Below are positions 1 to 12,122 of a stretch of 64,000 bases of DNA, in pieces. The translations under genes and the position numbers were made by a program. The stretch spans positions 378,398-442,397 of the forward strand of contig CAJINV010000006.1 in the NCBI GenBank assembly GCA_905178155.1. Direction: 5' to 3'. A model generated the notes under the pieces. The model saw nothing but the letters and a program-made list of their open reading frames with translations. It made no database searches and was not told the origin of the DNA. The stretch comes from Amoebophrya sp. A120 (Eukaryota; Protista; Dinoflagellata). Position 1 is the first letter of the stretch; each line of letters opens with the position of its first letter.

Positions 1-1452
1 TAGTGCTTCTCAATCGGCGACTTATATTCTGCCAACTCCTGCGTGCTGTTTACCCTTTTCAAAAACCGCAGGTCCGCGTCGTTCCTACTGCATTTCTCGA
101 AAAAATCGTCGTACTGCTTCACCAGATATGCGGTTTTGAAATGTGCGGCGTACATTTTGCCACTCACCGGGAACTCGGTCGGCTTTTTTCGGATGAAGTG
201 CATAATCTTCTGGTCTAAAAACACGTCCGGGTCGGAAGGGAGTTGTAACAGGTCTTGTTCGGTATCGGTGCGGAAATTTCTAGTACCTTTGGACAACATC
301 ATGTTGGAACTACTCCTCTTTCTCGTCGGAAGGAGCAAATGCGGGATTCTCCTTGCTGGGTCAAATTCGTAGTTCCGGGAAAAGTTGTCGTATTTTGCGT
401 TGCCCGAGGACGCGGCGCGGCTCGTCCGGGTGGCGGGTGAAATTGATCCACCCGCTCGGTCGTCTAATATTAACGGGAAGACTCTGCCCCGTGCGAGGGT
501 CAAGTTTCGACTTTGGGTACTACTAACAGGTGCTTTTTTCCTCGTGGAGCCTGTGTGACTGCTCTTCCTATCGTCAATTGCACGACCACGAGTTGTTGTA
601 CTACTACCTGGAAGCTATGGAAGTGTCAGGATTGAAATCGACAAAGTTGAAATAATCTGTCATGCATAAAATGCAAGGCACGAAGCGAGTGTCTTGCAGA
701 GATTGCAAATGAGGCGGATTGTGAGCCTATTTCGGGTTTGGGATAGAGCTGCGAACGTAGCATGACAAAGGACGCCTTCTTTCGCTAACCAGCATGACAA
801 ACTGGATTTAGACGGTATCGAAATTTGTCATGCGCGGCCTAGAAATTGGGCTTCCAACTGGTATCCATTTCATGCATCACAAATCGTTTCAACTTTGTTG
901 ATTTCAAACCTGACGCTTCCATAGAAGCTGCTGCCCGGGTAGTTCTTCAGTTAATATTCCGGAGGTGAGCGCAACCTCTTCGACCAGCTGCGCCGTCTGC
1001 GCCATCCGTTCCGCGACCGTGAGAGCAGGTCGTGGCGGCCTCGTCGTCCCGAAAGGAGCTCCTGCTCCGAGCGCGGAAGAACTAGAGGACGTTGGTTCTG
1101 TAGTTTTTTGTCCTGGTGCTCTTGCGTCGGAGTGGTGGTTATGAACTGCAAATATGTAGTCTGGGTCTGGAAGATTCTTACATTTGTCCTGCATGTCTGA
1201 CATGACTCGAGAATCTGTGATGCATAGAGGCATCGGAAAAGCCTCGCCTATCTGTCATGGAAAAACGAAGTTTCTCATGCGGAATACGCAACACATAGCA
1301 GCTCAAAAATTTGTCATGCTGGGCTGCGTATTGCAGTCCGGCTATCATCCACTTCTCGCATCACAAGTTTCCAAACCCAGACATTTTTGCAGTTGATAGT
1401 GGTCGTAGGGGCTCCGCTCGAGCACTTGCTGGATGAAGGGAGAGGTGTCCAT
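1..1452 (-). CDS. Hypothetical protein, 5' part (runs off the window's left edge), 2 introner introns
   Basis: ATG at 1452 (MDTSPFIQQVLERSPYDH). Removing 1140-1398 (TSD GTGGT) and 616-923 (TSD GAAGC), each with one TSD copy, gives one open frame (...HSDARAPGQK...GQQLPGSSTTT...AEYKSPIEKH) to position 1. No family recognised. Confidence 0.75.
616..923. mobile_element. Introner family C representative (5 copies, ~308-321 bp)
   Basis: TIR TATGGAAG(T/C)GTCAGG.T.GAAATC.ACAAAGTTGAAA; TSD GAAGC. Others at 25371, 57858, 58612, 59052. Confidence 0.95.
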
Positions 1453-2566
1453 GATGGAAGACTTCTTCCAACAAATTCAGTAGTTACAGGGCATCATGAA
1501 CGACATGGGTGGATAGTTGAATCTTAGTAGGTTTGTTGTTCCATAAAACGCGTACAGGAGATAAAGGTTGAATACTCACGGGCGAGTGGAGTTTTTATTA
1601 CGGGCGAGTGAAGATATTTCATCTTTCGTGCACAAGAAGAACCACGTAAGCTTGGCTCATTATGCAGGCACAGTACGTTTCTATTTTTCGTGTTCTCCAC
1701 TAGTACCTACCGAGTTCGAGATGGTCGCAAAAATTGTTTTCGAAGCAGTCTTTACGACCGCTTTTAGGGGTAAAAATGGGGTGAAGACAAATGGTAGACG
1801 TAAATCGCACTTCTAAAAGCCTATAGGGGAAAAGAGGAGTGGGAGAAAGTTGTGATTGTGAAGTTCAACGAAAGCCTACTAGACTTTCGTGTTCTGCTGA
1901 TTTTCTTTGTCGTTTCGTGAATTGTTTTGTTGAGTGGTCCACAAAACCGATGATATCGATATGCGACGTACTTTATTTTTCCGCTATAAAAATCAGGCGA
2001 CGTACTTTTTCCAGTTTGGTCGTGGTGACGGTGCTTTTGCTAAACGAGTGCCGCATCATCCATTTTCTTTGCACGGTTGAAAAACGACAATGGCGAACGA
2101 AGGCGAAGGTGAGGACCACATAGGCACGAAGTGCACGAAATAAATATAGAACTTATGACGCACGCGGCTTGACCGTGTAGTACACAATAAAACCGACCTC
2201 CTCATGTGAAACAACATCAGCACCGAAAAGTTGTTCGCTTATACGATTTCGATTTGTATCTTCGCAGCTGCGACAAAACATAATACCGAGTGCGATCATA
2301 TTCTGAGCCGAGGCCGGGGACCGAGAAGTAGTGAAAGTAGTGAAAGTCATTTCAATAGCAAAACGAATTACGAGACCATGGGTACTTTGACAGAAACCGA
2401 GCATGAGCAATCATGTTGTCCTTCATAATGAGTTGCTTTGCAGTGTGGAAAAATAGACGTCGGAATTATACTTAGAAGTGACGAGGTGCTGTTGGTACTA
2501 GCACACATTTTATCACTAGGGCCGATGATTCCATCGGAGTAAGTAGTCGTGCCTTGTTTGTGCAGT

Positions 2567-2960
2567 TCTAGGACTTGTCGCTGAAGTGACAACATTTGTT
2601 CTCGTCTTTTTTTGACCGACACACCAGCGCTGAATTTTTTTTGACGCCTGCCAGGAGGAGCGTAAAGCCACGATCACCAGGCACCTTGGCTTAGTGTGGC
2701 TGGCTTGCCGTTGTACTTATTTCACAATATTGAGCCGTGACGAAAACGGTCATGTTGCTGAGTATTTCAAGGCTAGTACAAGAACCCTGTTCTGGCTAAC
2801 CGTTTTTCATCGACGGCTTCTACAACAACCAGCATGATTGGCAAGATGAAATCATTTTTTGTGCGGAAAAAAGTATGGCGACGTGAAGATTTGCAAAAAA
2901 ATCAGCGCCCCCAGCGCTGCATTCGACGCTCCTCCTGCGCCTGCATCTTCGGAGCAAGGA
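2567..2960 (-). pseudogene. Degenerate duplicate of the IBA57 3' end and downstream region, without the introner
   Basis: Aligns by eye with ~6523-7141 (GAAGTGACAACAT, ATCACCAGGCACCTTGGCTTAGTG, GCTTCTACAACAACCAGCATGAT shared). Encodes a remnant ...QIFTSPYFFPHKK* versus IBA57 ...QIFTPPYFFPHKE*. Contains indels. Confidence 0.8.
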
Positions 2961-3120
2961 GTTCGCACCGAGCCGACCCTTGTGTCCCCTCCGACCCATC
3001 ACTCAATGCCATGCGGCTACTAGGTTTCCTCAAGGCTTAAGAGCTACAGGCGTGTGCGGTTCGAAAACTAGGAAAATGAGTGAAGCTGGATCAGATACAA
3101 AATTGGTGAATTCCGAGTGC

Positions 3121-3427
3121 GACGGCTACCCCGCAACGCCTTCGCCTGCTCTGTCAGGTAATACGGCGGCGCCCCCTTTTCTTTTTCTTTTTTTTTCGTG
3201 CCTGAGTTTCGCGCCGCCGGAGTGTCCTCGCGGGCCAAGTTTTACACGCGGAGGGGGCCGGCCCAATAATACCTGCTCCCCCGGCGTTGCTCGGGCCGAA
3301 TTAGTGCAGAAGGTAAGTTTCGCCCGGATCCCTTGTCGGGGTTTCTTTACGGCGGCCGCTCCGCAGCGCCTTCGCTGGCTCTCTCGGTTAGGTAATACGG
3401 CGCCGGCGCCTTTCTTTTTTTCTCGCG
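3121..3427. repeat. Imperfect ~75-bp direct repeat pair with 230-bp period
   Basis: CCGCA.CGCCTTCGC...AGGTAATACGGCG..GCGCC..T-rich tract at ~3121-3199 and ~3351-3427. Confidence 0.5.
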
Positions 3428-3579
3428 CGCGATCTATCATTGTCCTTGACTATCACTATAACTGTATAAGCGCTCTATCATTAACATTATAGTGCTCGTT
3501 CGGAATCCTTAAGGGTGTAGATAGCCTATTTTTCATGCTGCTTTTTCAAACTTCCGTCTGTTATGCTCGATCACTGCTA

Positions 3580-5436
3580 TTACACGAAAGGGGTCGAATA
3601 CGACTCAATGCCGTGAAAAGCCGCGCGAGAGATTGCTCTGTCGAGGCTGTCCATCCGTTTAACAACAGGATTAAGCGCAGGCATGTCGGCCAAACGCCTG
3701 ACGATCAGCCTTTTCTGCCTCCAAATTCCTCTCTCGGCCAAATGACTGACGACTGACGATGTGCCTTTCGGTTTTTTCCGCGCATCCTCTGCGAAATCCT
3801 TCATGGCCGCATCCAGCTTCTCCATGAGACTCTATCAACTGCAAATCTGCCTTTGATTTGGTTCAAAAACATGCAAAGCTGTCGCACGCATACGCAAAAG
3901 CACATACCTAGAACCTGTCACGCATGGACAGCAAAAGTTGCCCACTCTTGCTTGCGCCTGCAACTGAGGGCGCCATGCGGGGGGATAGACGTTAGCCTTC
4001 CTAAGGTCGAAGCCTGTAGCCAATGCTAGGAGCCGGAGCAACATGCGAGGGCCAAAGCTCCTCCACAATTCCACCTACTTAAAAGCCGCGGCGCGAGAAT
4101 AAACCGTTGCACCCACGCAGACCAGGACTACATACAGCTTGCGCTTGAATTTGTAATACCGACCCGGCGGCATTCGGTGAACAAGTCCTAACGCTAGGTA
4201 GGAGTCAAACCACCAAGAACCCAGCCCCCGGCGTTGCGCCGCGAGAGGGAAGGCGGGGCAAATGGTCTTGCAGCCCTTAGTCGTACCACCGCCGCGCACG
4301 CCCACTGTGTGCGCCCTGGCCGGCTGCGCCGCTGCCCGCCGGCCCCTCACTCTGGGGCCGAAAGCGGCCGCGGCCGGACTGGGCCTCGCCGCCGTCTCGG
4401 CAAAAGCGGCGGGCGCCACATAGTATTGGTGGCGTGGCTGCCACGCCCCTTTTGGCATGCTCTGAGAAAGGGACCGCCCACAATTATGCGGACCGGGGGC
4501 AAAGGAATGGTTGGAACGGTCGCCCGCCGAGTGGGCGCGCGGCAGCACTCATCTGCCCTGCGCGGGCGTGGCATCGTGGCACCCCAAATGCTGGGCGCCA
4601 ACAGGGTGTCTTCGCCGTCTGTTGTTCGGCGGGCCGCGCAACCTCGCCCCGGTGGGCCCCCGACCAATTCTGTGTGGCCCCCCATGTGGATGCCACCGAC
4701 ACCGATCACCAACCCCGGCTGGGCCGCGCTGCCCGCGTTCCTACCGTGGTGTGGGAGCCAGCCGAGCTCCGAGCGCTCCTTTTCATCGGAAAAGGCAGCG
4801 CGCCCGTGTCCGTGTTGTTTGTCGGTGACGGGTGACGCGCCTTGCTTCGTGCGCTGGCTCTTCTACCTCTCTATCGGCCCGAGGCGCACCCGGCAAGAAC
4901 GCCCTATGTACAAGCATGCATGAGCCAATGCAGTATGGAAACGCGTCCTGCACTCTTCTAGTAGACCACGCATTTGCAGTTGATACGAAATAGAGGTCTC
5001 GTTCGTTTTCATCCAAATGTCGTGCTATCACATTTATGGCCGCACCAGCCGGGGGGTTGAGCTCGGCAATTTTTTCGCCTAAAAGGCGTTCATCATGTAA
5101 AACCATGAAGGGGTTTTTATTCTTGTCATCTAACCATGAATCAATGTCCATCTGCTGATCGCCCCCAACAATCTTACCCCCGACTCGGAATTGCGAGCCG
5201 AGCATGTCGTAGAGCTTGATCGCGGCGTCGGAGCAGGGCATGTCACTCGGCAAGTCAAGCTTCTTTCCGCCTAAGGTGGATAACTCGATCTGCGTTGCAC
5301 CTTCGGCTGACAACTTGGGCTGAAGCCTGCCATCGACTCCCAAAAGAGCCAGAAAGCCATACACCAACACCCCGGTCGTGAGCAACAGGCGGACAGCAGT
5401 AGAGGAGTTGAGGTTCTTGTGTCGAAAGCCCGACAT
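3580..5436 (-). CDS. Possible hypothetical gene: N-terminal hydrophobic segment, then a weakly ubiquitin-like region; exon structure unresolved; no introners
   Basis: ORF from ATG 5436 (MSGFRHK...LLLTTGVLVYGFLALLGV...IELSTLGGKKLDL...AINVIAR). Downstream short ORFs (3835-4074, 3580-3825) have GT..AG-like boundaries, but I could not join them in frame unambiguously. Confidence 0.35.
4221..4893. mobile_element. GC-rich 673-bp insertion flanked by a 7-bp direct repeat (putative TE, unrelated to the introners)
   Basis: CAAGAAC at 4214-4220 and 4894-4900 brackets a sharp rise in GC; only weak terminal inverted similarity. Confidence 0.35.
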
Positions 5437-6735
5437 TTTTTGACAGCGCCGTGTGTCGCGGGAGGACTGAGATTCAGGGTTAAGGCTGTTGTAGTTCTTG
5501 CTGTATTTTTTACTAAATACTTCTGATGTGTCCCTCCGCACGGTAATCGTAACCTCGCAGCTCTGATTGATAAATGTTGAAGGGAGAGTTGTCAAAGCGT
5601 AGAAAACTAAAGTGCGGGTCCTTGAGAAAGGGAAAGCGCAGCCGGATTAGAAAAACCCAAAGTGTGCTTGCTAGCAAGCGTGCGCCAACGTTTGCAGTTT
5701 GAGGACCCTTATCCTTTTCCTTGCGCTCCACTTGACTTTGGCTTCGTTGATGGTATAAAAAGTGGCGACAGATAAAAGTTAACTTCTGTTGTCTTATTTG
5801 TACAGGTACTTATAAGGAAGAGTAGTTGCCCTCGTCTGAGTAGCTACCAGAGTTGGAGGAAAGCACAGAGTCTTCAAAGAGCAGGACCAGCCCGTTCCTG
5901 TACACAGAAATCAAATCACCAGACTTGTCAATGTCGATGCAGGCGGCAATAGATCGAGCACCAGGTTGTTCGATGATATTGTACTAGTGGTAGTAGTAGT
6001 ACACAATCACAAATTGTAAAATATTAAAGTTCTCTACCGTTTCGTCATCTGGCAAGTTTTGTCCTCCTACTACAACTGCTAGCACCGATGATCTCAGGTA
6101 GATGTTTTTGCAACTTCCGAATGGCCTACCGAAATTGCCCAGAGCTCAACAACCCGAGCGATTCTTATTCTCGAAAATTGTACAGACCCTGCTTCCGGCG
6201 TCTCGTCGGAGTACAGATTCTTTGCTGGTGTGTGTCATTGTCTAAAGGCCTGATTATAGACTACTAAAGTACCGACATGAATAGCAGTGCTGCATCAACC
6301 TCAACAGAATTGCAAGTGGTATAAAGCCTTTTGCGGTTCTTTTCAGCAACGTAGTAGAGAGCCTTTCAAGTACTTAGACGAGTGACACTGACCACGGGAC
6401 AACGAGCTTTTCAGTTTGTGGGCCATCCTGGAAGCAGCAGGCACCGAGCTGTTTTCACGCATAATTCATCTGCCTTGTTGTTTAATATTTCCCGTTCACT
6501 TCTCGGCCTCATGACAGTCGCACTAGGACTTGATGTCCCTGAAGTGACAACATCTGTTCTAGTCGTGTGTTGACCCCCACAGCGCTGCATTTTCATTAAG
6601 GCCTGCCAGAACGTGAAGCAGCGTAAAGCCATGATCACCAGGCACCTTGGCTTAGTGCGGCGGGCTTGCAGTTGCATCTAACAGTATCAAGCCGTGACGA
6701 AAACAGTCATGTTGCTATAGTATTTCAAGGCTAGT

Positions 6736-6947
6736 TATGGAAAGAAAAAAGTTTGTCACAGTCACAGTCACTAAATTGCAGGTTTTGCATTACAAATTTT
6801 CTCAGCATCACAAACTTTCCTTGTATTGCAGAAACACTAGGGAAATCCCTAATGAAGTTTGGCCGTGATGCATTTTTACGCATGACAAACAATTTTGTAT
6901 TGCAAAAATGCGCATGAGTGATCGTGACGAACTTTTTTTCTTTGATA
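6736..6947. mobile_element. Introner family G group representative (~10 copies, 206-237 bp, A-tract TIRs); the only copy found outside a CDS
   Basis: TIR TAT...AAGAAAAAA.GTT.GTCAC; TSD CTAGT; near-identical reverse copy at 45946-46151. Related subgroups at 9514/47590, 41831/51059, 16709/49620/47345/19076. Confidence 0.93.
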
Positions 6948-7028
6948 CTAGTACAAGAATCCTGTTCTTGTGGCGAACCGTTTTTCATGATGGCTTCTAC
7001 AACAACCAGCATGATGGGCAAGATGAAA

Positions 7029-10000
7029 TTATTCTTTGTGCGGAAAAAAGTAGGGCGGCGTGAAAATTTGCAAAAAAATCGGTGCCCCCGGCGCTGGAAG
7101 GTTCGTCTTGTCTCCTGCACCTGCCTCTTGTTCGGAACAAGCAGGTGAAGTAGATGCAGTGTTGACCACCGTCGTGAAAAACGTCCGTGTTTTCTGCTGT
7201 TCCAGAAAGTTTTCCCGGGCTTCCTCGACCGAATTCAGTGGGGCCTTCCCGTCCAACGCGGTTATGCTCGCAAACCCGATAGATGAACTGCTATATGAAT
7301 TGCAAAAGTATCGTACTCGTATAAATGCATTACAAATTTCCTCACCATGAGAAATAAAATTTGTAATGCGGATTTGCCTTAAGAACAAGATTTGTAAATG
7401 CATCATTGCAATACGAGTTGTACGGTGCTTCTGCTTTTGCATTGCATATGCTACACGCGGACACCATTTCGCCGGCCTTCGCCTGGACCACCCCGCCACG
7501 CTTGTATCCGGAGTAAAAACGTCCCCACCATTGAGTTTATGTCATGCAGAATTGCATCTGCGGGAAGGTTTGTCATGCGTATCCTCATGACAGGCATTCT
7601 TAGTTGTCTTTCGGAATCTGTGATGCTGTAGACAGGATAAAATGATGACTTTGTGCTGCGGCTTTTCTTACTGACCTGCACTACACTTCATCTACAGAGA
7701 AGAACTTGTCATGCGTGACGAGCAAAATAGCTGGATTGGTGTTGCACACGTCGTCCCAATTTGACCCTACTGTGGGGACGTTCTCATTAAGTACTCAGGA
7801 TAGCTTGTCCTGCGATTTTATTTCCGCATGCTGCTGTGCTGCGAGTTCGAACAGGTTTGTTCGTGCCGCGGCGTCCGTTCTTTTGTCGTGTTCGACGAAA
7901 AAATCTTTCAGAGAAAGTCGCGCGGAGCCGTCTGTCGTTTCAAATGTTGATATGGTCAGCACGGCGGAGTGGACCGCGTCCCGCATCGCCCACGCTCAGG
8001 GAAGATCACTCTGGTTCTTGCGACGTGAGTAGAAAATTATGCGATAATTTACAATGCAAAAAGAGATGAAAGCATAAGCACAATGACAAGATGAACACTA
8101 ATAAAATAAAATTTATAGTACCGGGATTTTTGCTCTCCGTCGGCCCTTCGGAGGACTCGGCCAGCTCCAATGCCGCGTCACTTGGAAAACTCTGCTTCAC
8201 GATTACCAGCCGGCGTCGCACCATTCCGCGGTGGTGCGTTCGAATGGTCAGCTCTTGCCCGGTGTAGCAACCCTTCTCAAAGTCGATGAAGTTGAGCAGA
8301 TCTAGATTTGCCTTCTGCGGCATATAACCCGCTCAGGCGTTACAATTATCTCAAACGTTACGAGAGAATCTGAGACCTGTCTTGCACGGTGAGCATGACA
8401 GACTCGCAGAGCGTTCTACTTTCTGCAATACAAATTTCGCCAGATAATTGCAGTGCGGTTTTGGAATCCGGGACTTGTCATGCGCAACCCTTGTATGCAA
8501 GTTGGCTGGATAATGCACTTCTTGCATCAGAGATTTCCATATTCTATTGTAACGTTTGAGGTGCAACACCTGAGCGCGTCGTACGGCAGCGCTTTCTCCG
8601 GGATCAGCTCGTCGCCACCCTCAGGAACCCCGACCGAGTAGCGAAACTGCCGGTAAAGAAACTCGTTATTTATTTCTTGTGTGGAGGAAGACGAAGAAGA
8701 AGTACTACCACTAAAGCTACTACGAGAGGCAGAGGTGCTGCTCGACGTTTCGGCAACTACCCCAGCATTGCTCTTTCGTCGCGGCACAAGCATGCGGTAG
8801 CCCAGAAACGCGGTTCGGGGATCGGGGTTTCGGTGCAGCTGGTCTAACGTGCCCGGTTCTTCCGTCTCGGACGACCACGGAGAAGAAGCCGGTCCTCCTG
8901 GTATCCTGAGGAAAAACGTACCCACACCAGAGGCAGGATGGGGATTTTGCAACACAAACCTAGGAGTTTTGTGAGTCACGCATGACAAGTTGCGCTCTGC
9001 AGTGTAGTGCAGGTTAGCAAGTGCAGCCGCGTCACAGATTCATCTGCTCATCCTGTTCACAGCATCACAAATTCCAAAACACGACTGGAAATGGCTCCCA
9101 TGCGGATGCGCATTACAAATGTTCCTGTTATTGCAAATCTGCATGACAACTCTGGTGTGGGGACGTTTTTACTCAGGATACCTGGCTCGGCGGGTGCTGG
9201 TCCCTGCCCCAGAAATGCGTATCCTGTGCAAAAGTATCGTACTCGTATAATAAATACAAGTCTTGCATTACAAATTCTTTTGTTAAGGTAAATCCGCATT
9301 AGATGAAATCTATTTGTCTCATGCTGAGGGAATGTGTAACGCATTTATACGAGTACGATACTTTTGCAATTCATAATGCGGCGCTGGCGTCGAAAATACT
9401 CCGGTCGCCAGCGCCACAAGCAGGAGCGGAGGCTAGGCCCGGGGCCGCGGGGGCCGGAAATAGTTGTAACCCGACTAGCGGCTCGAATTCCGCAGTGACC
9501 TCTTGTACTTGCATATCGCAAGAAAAAAGTGTTACAGTTACACATCATTGTGTTGCAGGAGCCGCAAGACAGACAGCCTTTGCCATGCCAGAAATGCTTG
9601 CGAACTTCATTTCGTACGTGTTTTCCCTTAGGATCTCTGCATTGCAAGTTTTCTCTGACACACAGAGAAAATTTGTGTTGCTGAAGTTCCAAGTACAAAT
9701 GTGTAACTGTTACACATTTTTCTTGTGATATTGCAGCGGCTGCCGGAGCTTGTGTCGGTTTAGCAACTTCAGCAAGTTTTTGGTCAGTTTTAAGTCGTAT
9801 GCATTGCAAAAGTATCGTACTAGTATAAATTGCATCACAAATTTTGGCAAGAAGAAACGTGGAATTTGTAATGCTGTTTTACCTCAGGAAGGAGATTTGT
9901 CATGCATATTTGCAATTAGTACCACTACGATACTTTTGCGCAGCATAAGTCGCAGTCCAGCAAAAAACTTTCGTTCGACTCCTGCTGTTATCCAATGCAA

Positions 10001-11246
10001 ATCTGTCTGGGTCTGGAAGGCTGCAAGGTTTGTCATGCTTGTCTGGCATGACTGAAAAGTTTGTGATGCGTGTCCAAGAAGAAATCCTTTTTCTTGTCAT
10101 GCAAGAACGCAGTTTGTCATGCGGAAAGCGCAGCGCTAAGCAGCGCAGATATTTCTCATGCTCTGCTGTGCATTACAGAGCATTCGCTATAATTCCCAAC
10201 CCAGCATTACAGGTTTCCAGACCCAGACATATTTGCACCGCATAGCTGTATTAGGACATCGCACAGGATCCGTCCTTTCGGATTCAGAAACAAGGTGGGA
10301 ATATGCATTGCAAATGAGCATATCTTCTGGGTGCTGTCTGGGAGATTGGAGGGGTTGTCATGCACAGTTTGCATGGCCCATCAAGATCGATCTGTGATGC
10401 ATGCAGTGTGCAAGCGCATGCTCCAGCATTACAGATTTTTTGAGAGCTTCTCAATACCTATCTTCCCGCGTAGAAAAAATGAAAATCGGACTCCTTTTGT
10501 CGCTCATGCAGTACAGATTTTTTGTAGAATCCAGATACAGCATTAGCATTACAAGTTGTACTGTTCGAGACAACATCCAGGGGTATACTAATTTGCAGTG
10601 CATAGGGAAGAAGCTGTATGCAATGCAAAAGCATCGTACTAGTATGAATTGCATGACAAATTAGCCCAGCATTAGAAATTCAATTTGTAATGCTGATTTA
10701 CCTTGAAAAAGAGATTTGTAATGCAGAAATGCAATTACTACGAGTACGATACTTTTGCACAGGATAAGCTGTGGCGCGCCGGCCGCAGAGGCGTTGTTCG
10801 CGAACCGCCCGTATGAAATGCAAAAGCCTCGTACTAGTATAAATCGCATGACAAATTACCTCAGCATGAAAAATGGAATTTGTAATGCGGATTTAGGTTA
10901 GGAGGGAGATTTGTAACGCATGATTGCGATTACTACGAGTACGATACTTTTGCACAGGATAGCCCGACGACGTCCTGTGTGCACAACCCTTGCAAGAACT
11001 CCCTGCAGTCGCTGCCGCCGACGCGATATGCAATGCAAAAGCATTGCATCGTAGTAGTACAAATTGCATTACAAAAAATTGACCCAGCACTACAAATTGA
11101 ATTTGTAATGCTGATTTACCTTGAGAAAGAGATTTGTAAATGCATGAATGCAATTACTACGATTACGATACTTTTGCACAGGATACGCGAATCACCCCGC
11201 GGGTAGTTCGGAGGCGGAAAACCAAGTTGGCCGGTTTCATTTTCAT
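7029..11246 (-). CDS. IBA57: IBA57/CAF17/YgfZ-family Fe-S cluster assembly factor (GcvT-like), 12 introner introns plus 1 probable GT-AG intron
   Basis: Spliced product: MKMKPANLVFRLRTTRGVIRVGGSDCREFLQGLCTQD...LFLNPKGRILCD...DPRTAFLGYR...[45 protein letters not shown]...FTPPYFFPHKE*, with the KGCYxGQE family signature. Introners: 11027-11185, 10812-10961, 10617-10766, 10302-10604, 9989-10244, 9798-9947, 9514-9730, 9220-9375, 8902-9180, 8323-8583, 7505-7802, 7294-7448, all with perfect 5-bp TSDs. GT-AG intron ~7995-8121. Confidence 0.93.
7995..8121 (-). other. Probable canonical GT-AG intron in IBA57
   Basis: AT-rich, no TIR or TSD. G|GTACTA...CCCTGAG|CG joins ESKNP to AWAMRDAV in frame; the acceptor choice is inferred. 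Confidence 0.6.
8323..8583. mobile_element. Introner family L representative (2 copies)
   Basis: TIR TAT..CC.GCTCA..CGTTACAAT; TSD CGGCA; sister copy 29907-30330. Lies just upstream of the IBA57 KGCY motif. Confidence 0.85.
8902..9180. mobile_element. Introner family D representative (~13 copies, mostly 275-307 bp)
   Basis: TIR TATCCTGAG.AAAAACGT.CCCACACCAGAG; TSD CCTGG. Others at 7505, 13253, 16375, 23168, 26141, 26850, 36001, 42765, 44249, 48679, 61122, 62003. Confidence 0.95.
10812..10961. mobile_element. Introner family B representative (~28 copies, mostly 145-165 bp)
   Basis: TIR TATNNNNTGCAAAAG(T/C)ATCGTACT; TSD GCCCG; near-identical to 33495-33644. Other copies include 7294, 9220, 9798, 10617, 16097, 22970, 32896, 37511, 44680, 47839. 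Confidence 0.95.
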
Positions 11247-12122
11247 CGCCTACATGTACATAATATTTTTCGCCGGCTCCTGTAGCTGTACTTCGCTAAA
11301 AATGATCTTCGTGGTTTTTAGTCCCAGGTCTGCTAGTGGTCAACATCGTCGTTCGCAAAAACAGCAAAATATTGAAGAAAATTTTCGCTCGACGTGGTTC
11401 AACATCTCGGAGTCATCCATCTTGTGCCTATCCCTATGTAGGTACGAATATCAATGGGGAACAAGTTGCGCCGCGCTAGTACAAGAAAAAGCGCACCAGG
11501 AACATGATCTGCCACCAGCCTCTGATCTGCCGGGAAAAATAAAGCGCCAAAAATGGTTCAACATGTACGAAAGTTGTACAACTTCTTTTTGGAATAGTAC
11601 GCGGAAACGGACCGAAACCGAATCTAAGAATGTTAACAAACACGAAAACACACTTGTAGTGCTGTTGACTTCTTGTAGAGGAAGAGCTCTACTGTGGTGC
11701 ACGCAGTATATTACGCGTGTAGAATTTCTTGCGCAGGTCGTGTTCCCCCACGTGGTTCCATGTATCGATCTTGATCATACTTATTTAGCACCGTACCGAT
11801 TTAGAAATTGGTGGTCTCATTGTCTCGTCTGGAACACGATTTTTGTCAATCCATCTGTAGGGATCTTCATTTGCAGGTTTAGTTGCGCCACAAGTTTGCT
11901 CTACATCTTCACAAAAAGAGATGATTTGCCACGCGATTGCGAACATTTCCTCTAGGGTAAGGGTCGTATTCGTAACAATAAAACACGTTATATAAAAACG
12001 CAATGTGCTGCCATTGCGTTTGTACTTCTAGCAAAACGAATGCTTTTACTGTGTTCCATGATTCTATGCGAGCGACAGGGAAGATCGAGGATTGGCTCAG
12101 TATATCACTCCTCGTCATTATA

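Noticed and set aside
11140-11955. 271-aa plus-strand ORF
   Set aside because: It starts inside an introner, overlaps the IBA57 start antisense and has no recognisable domain.
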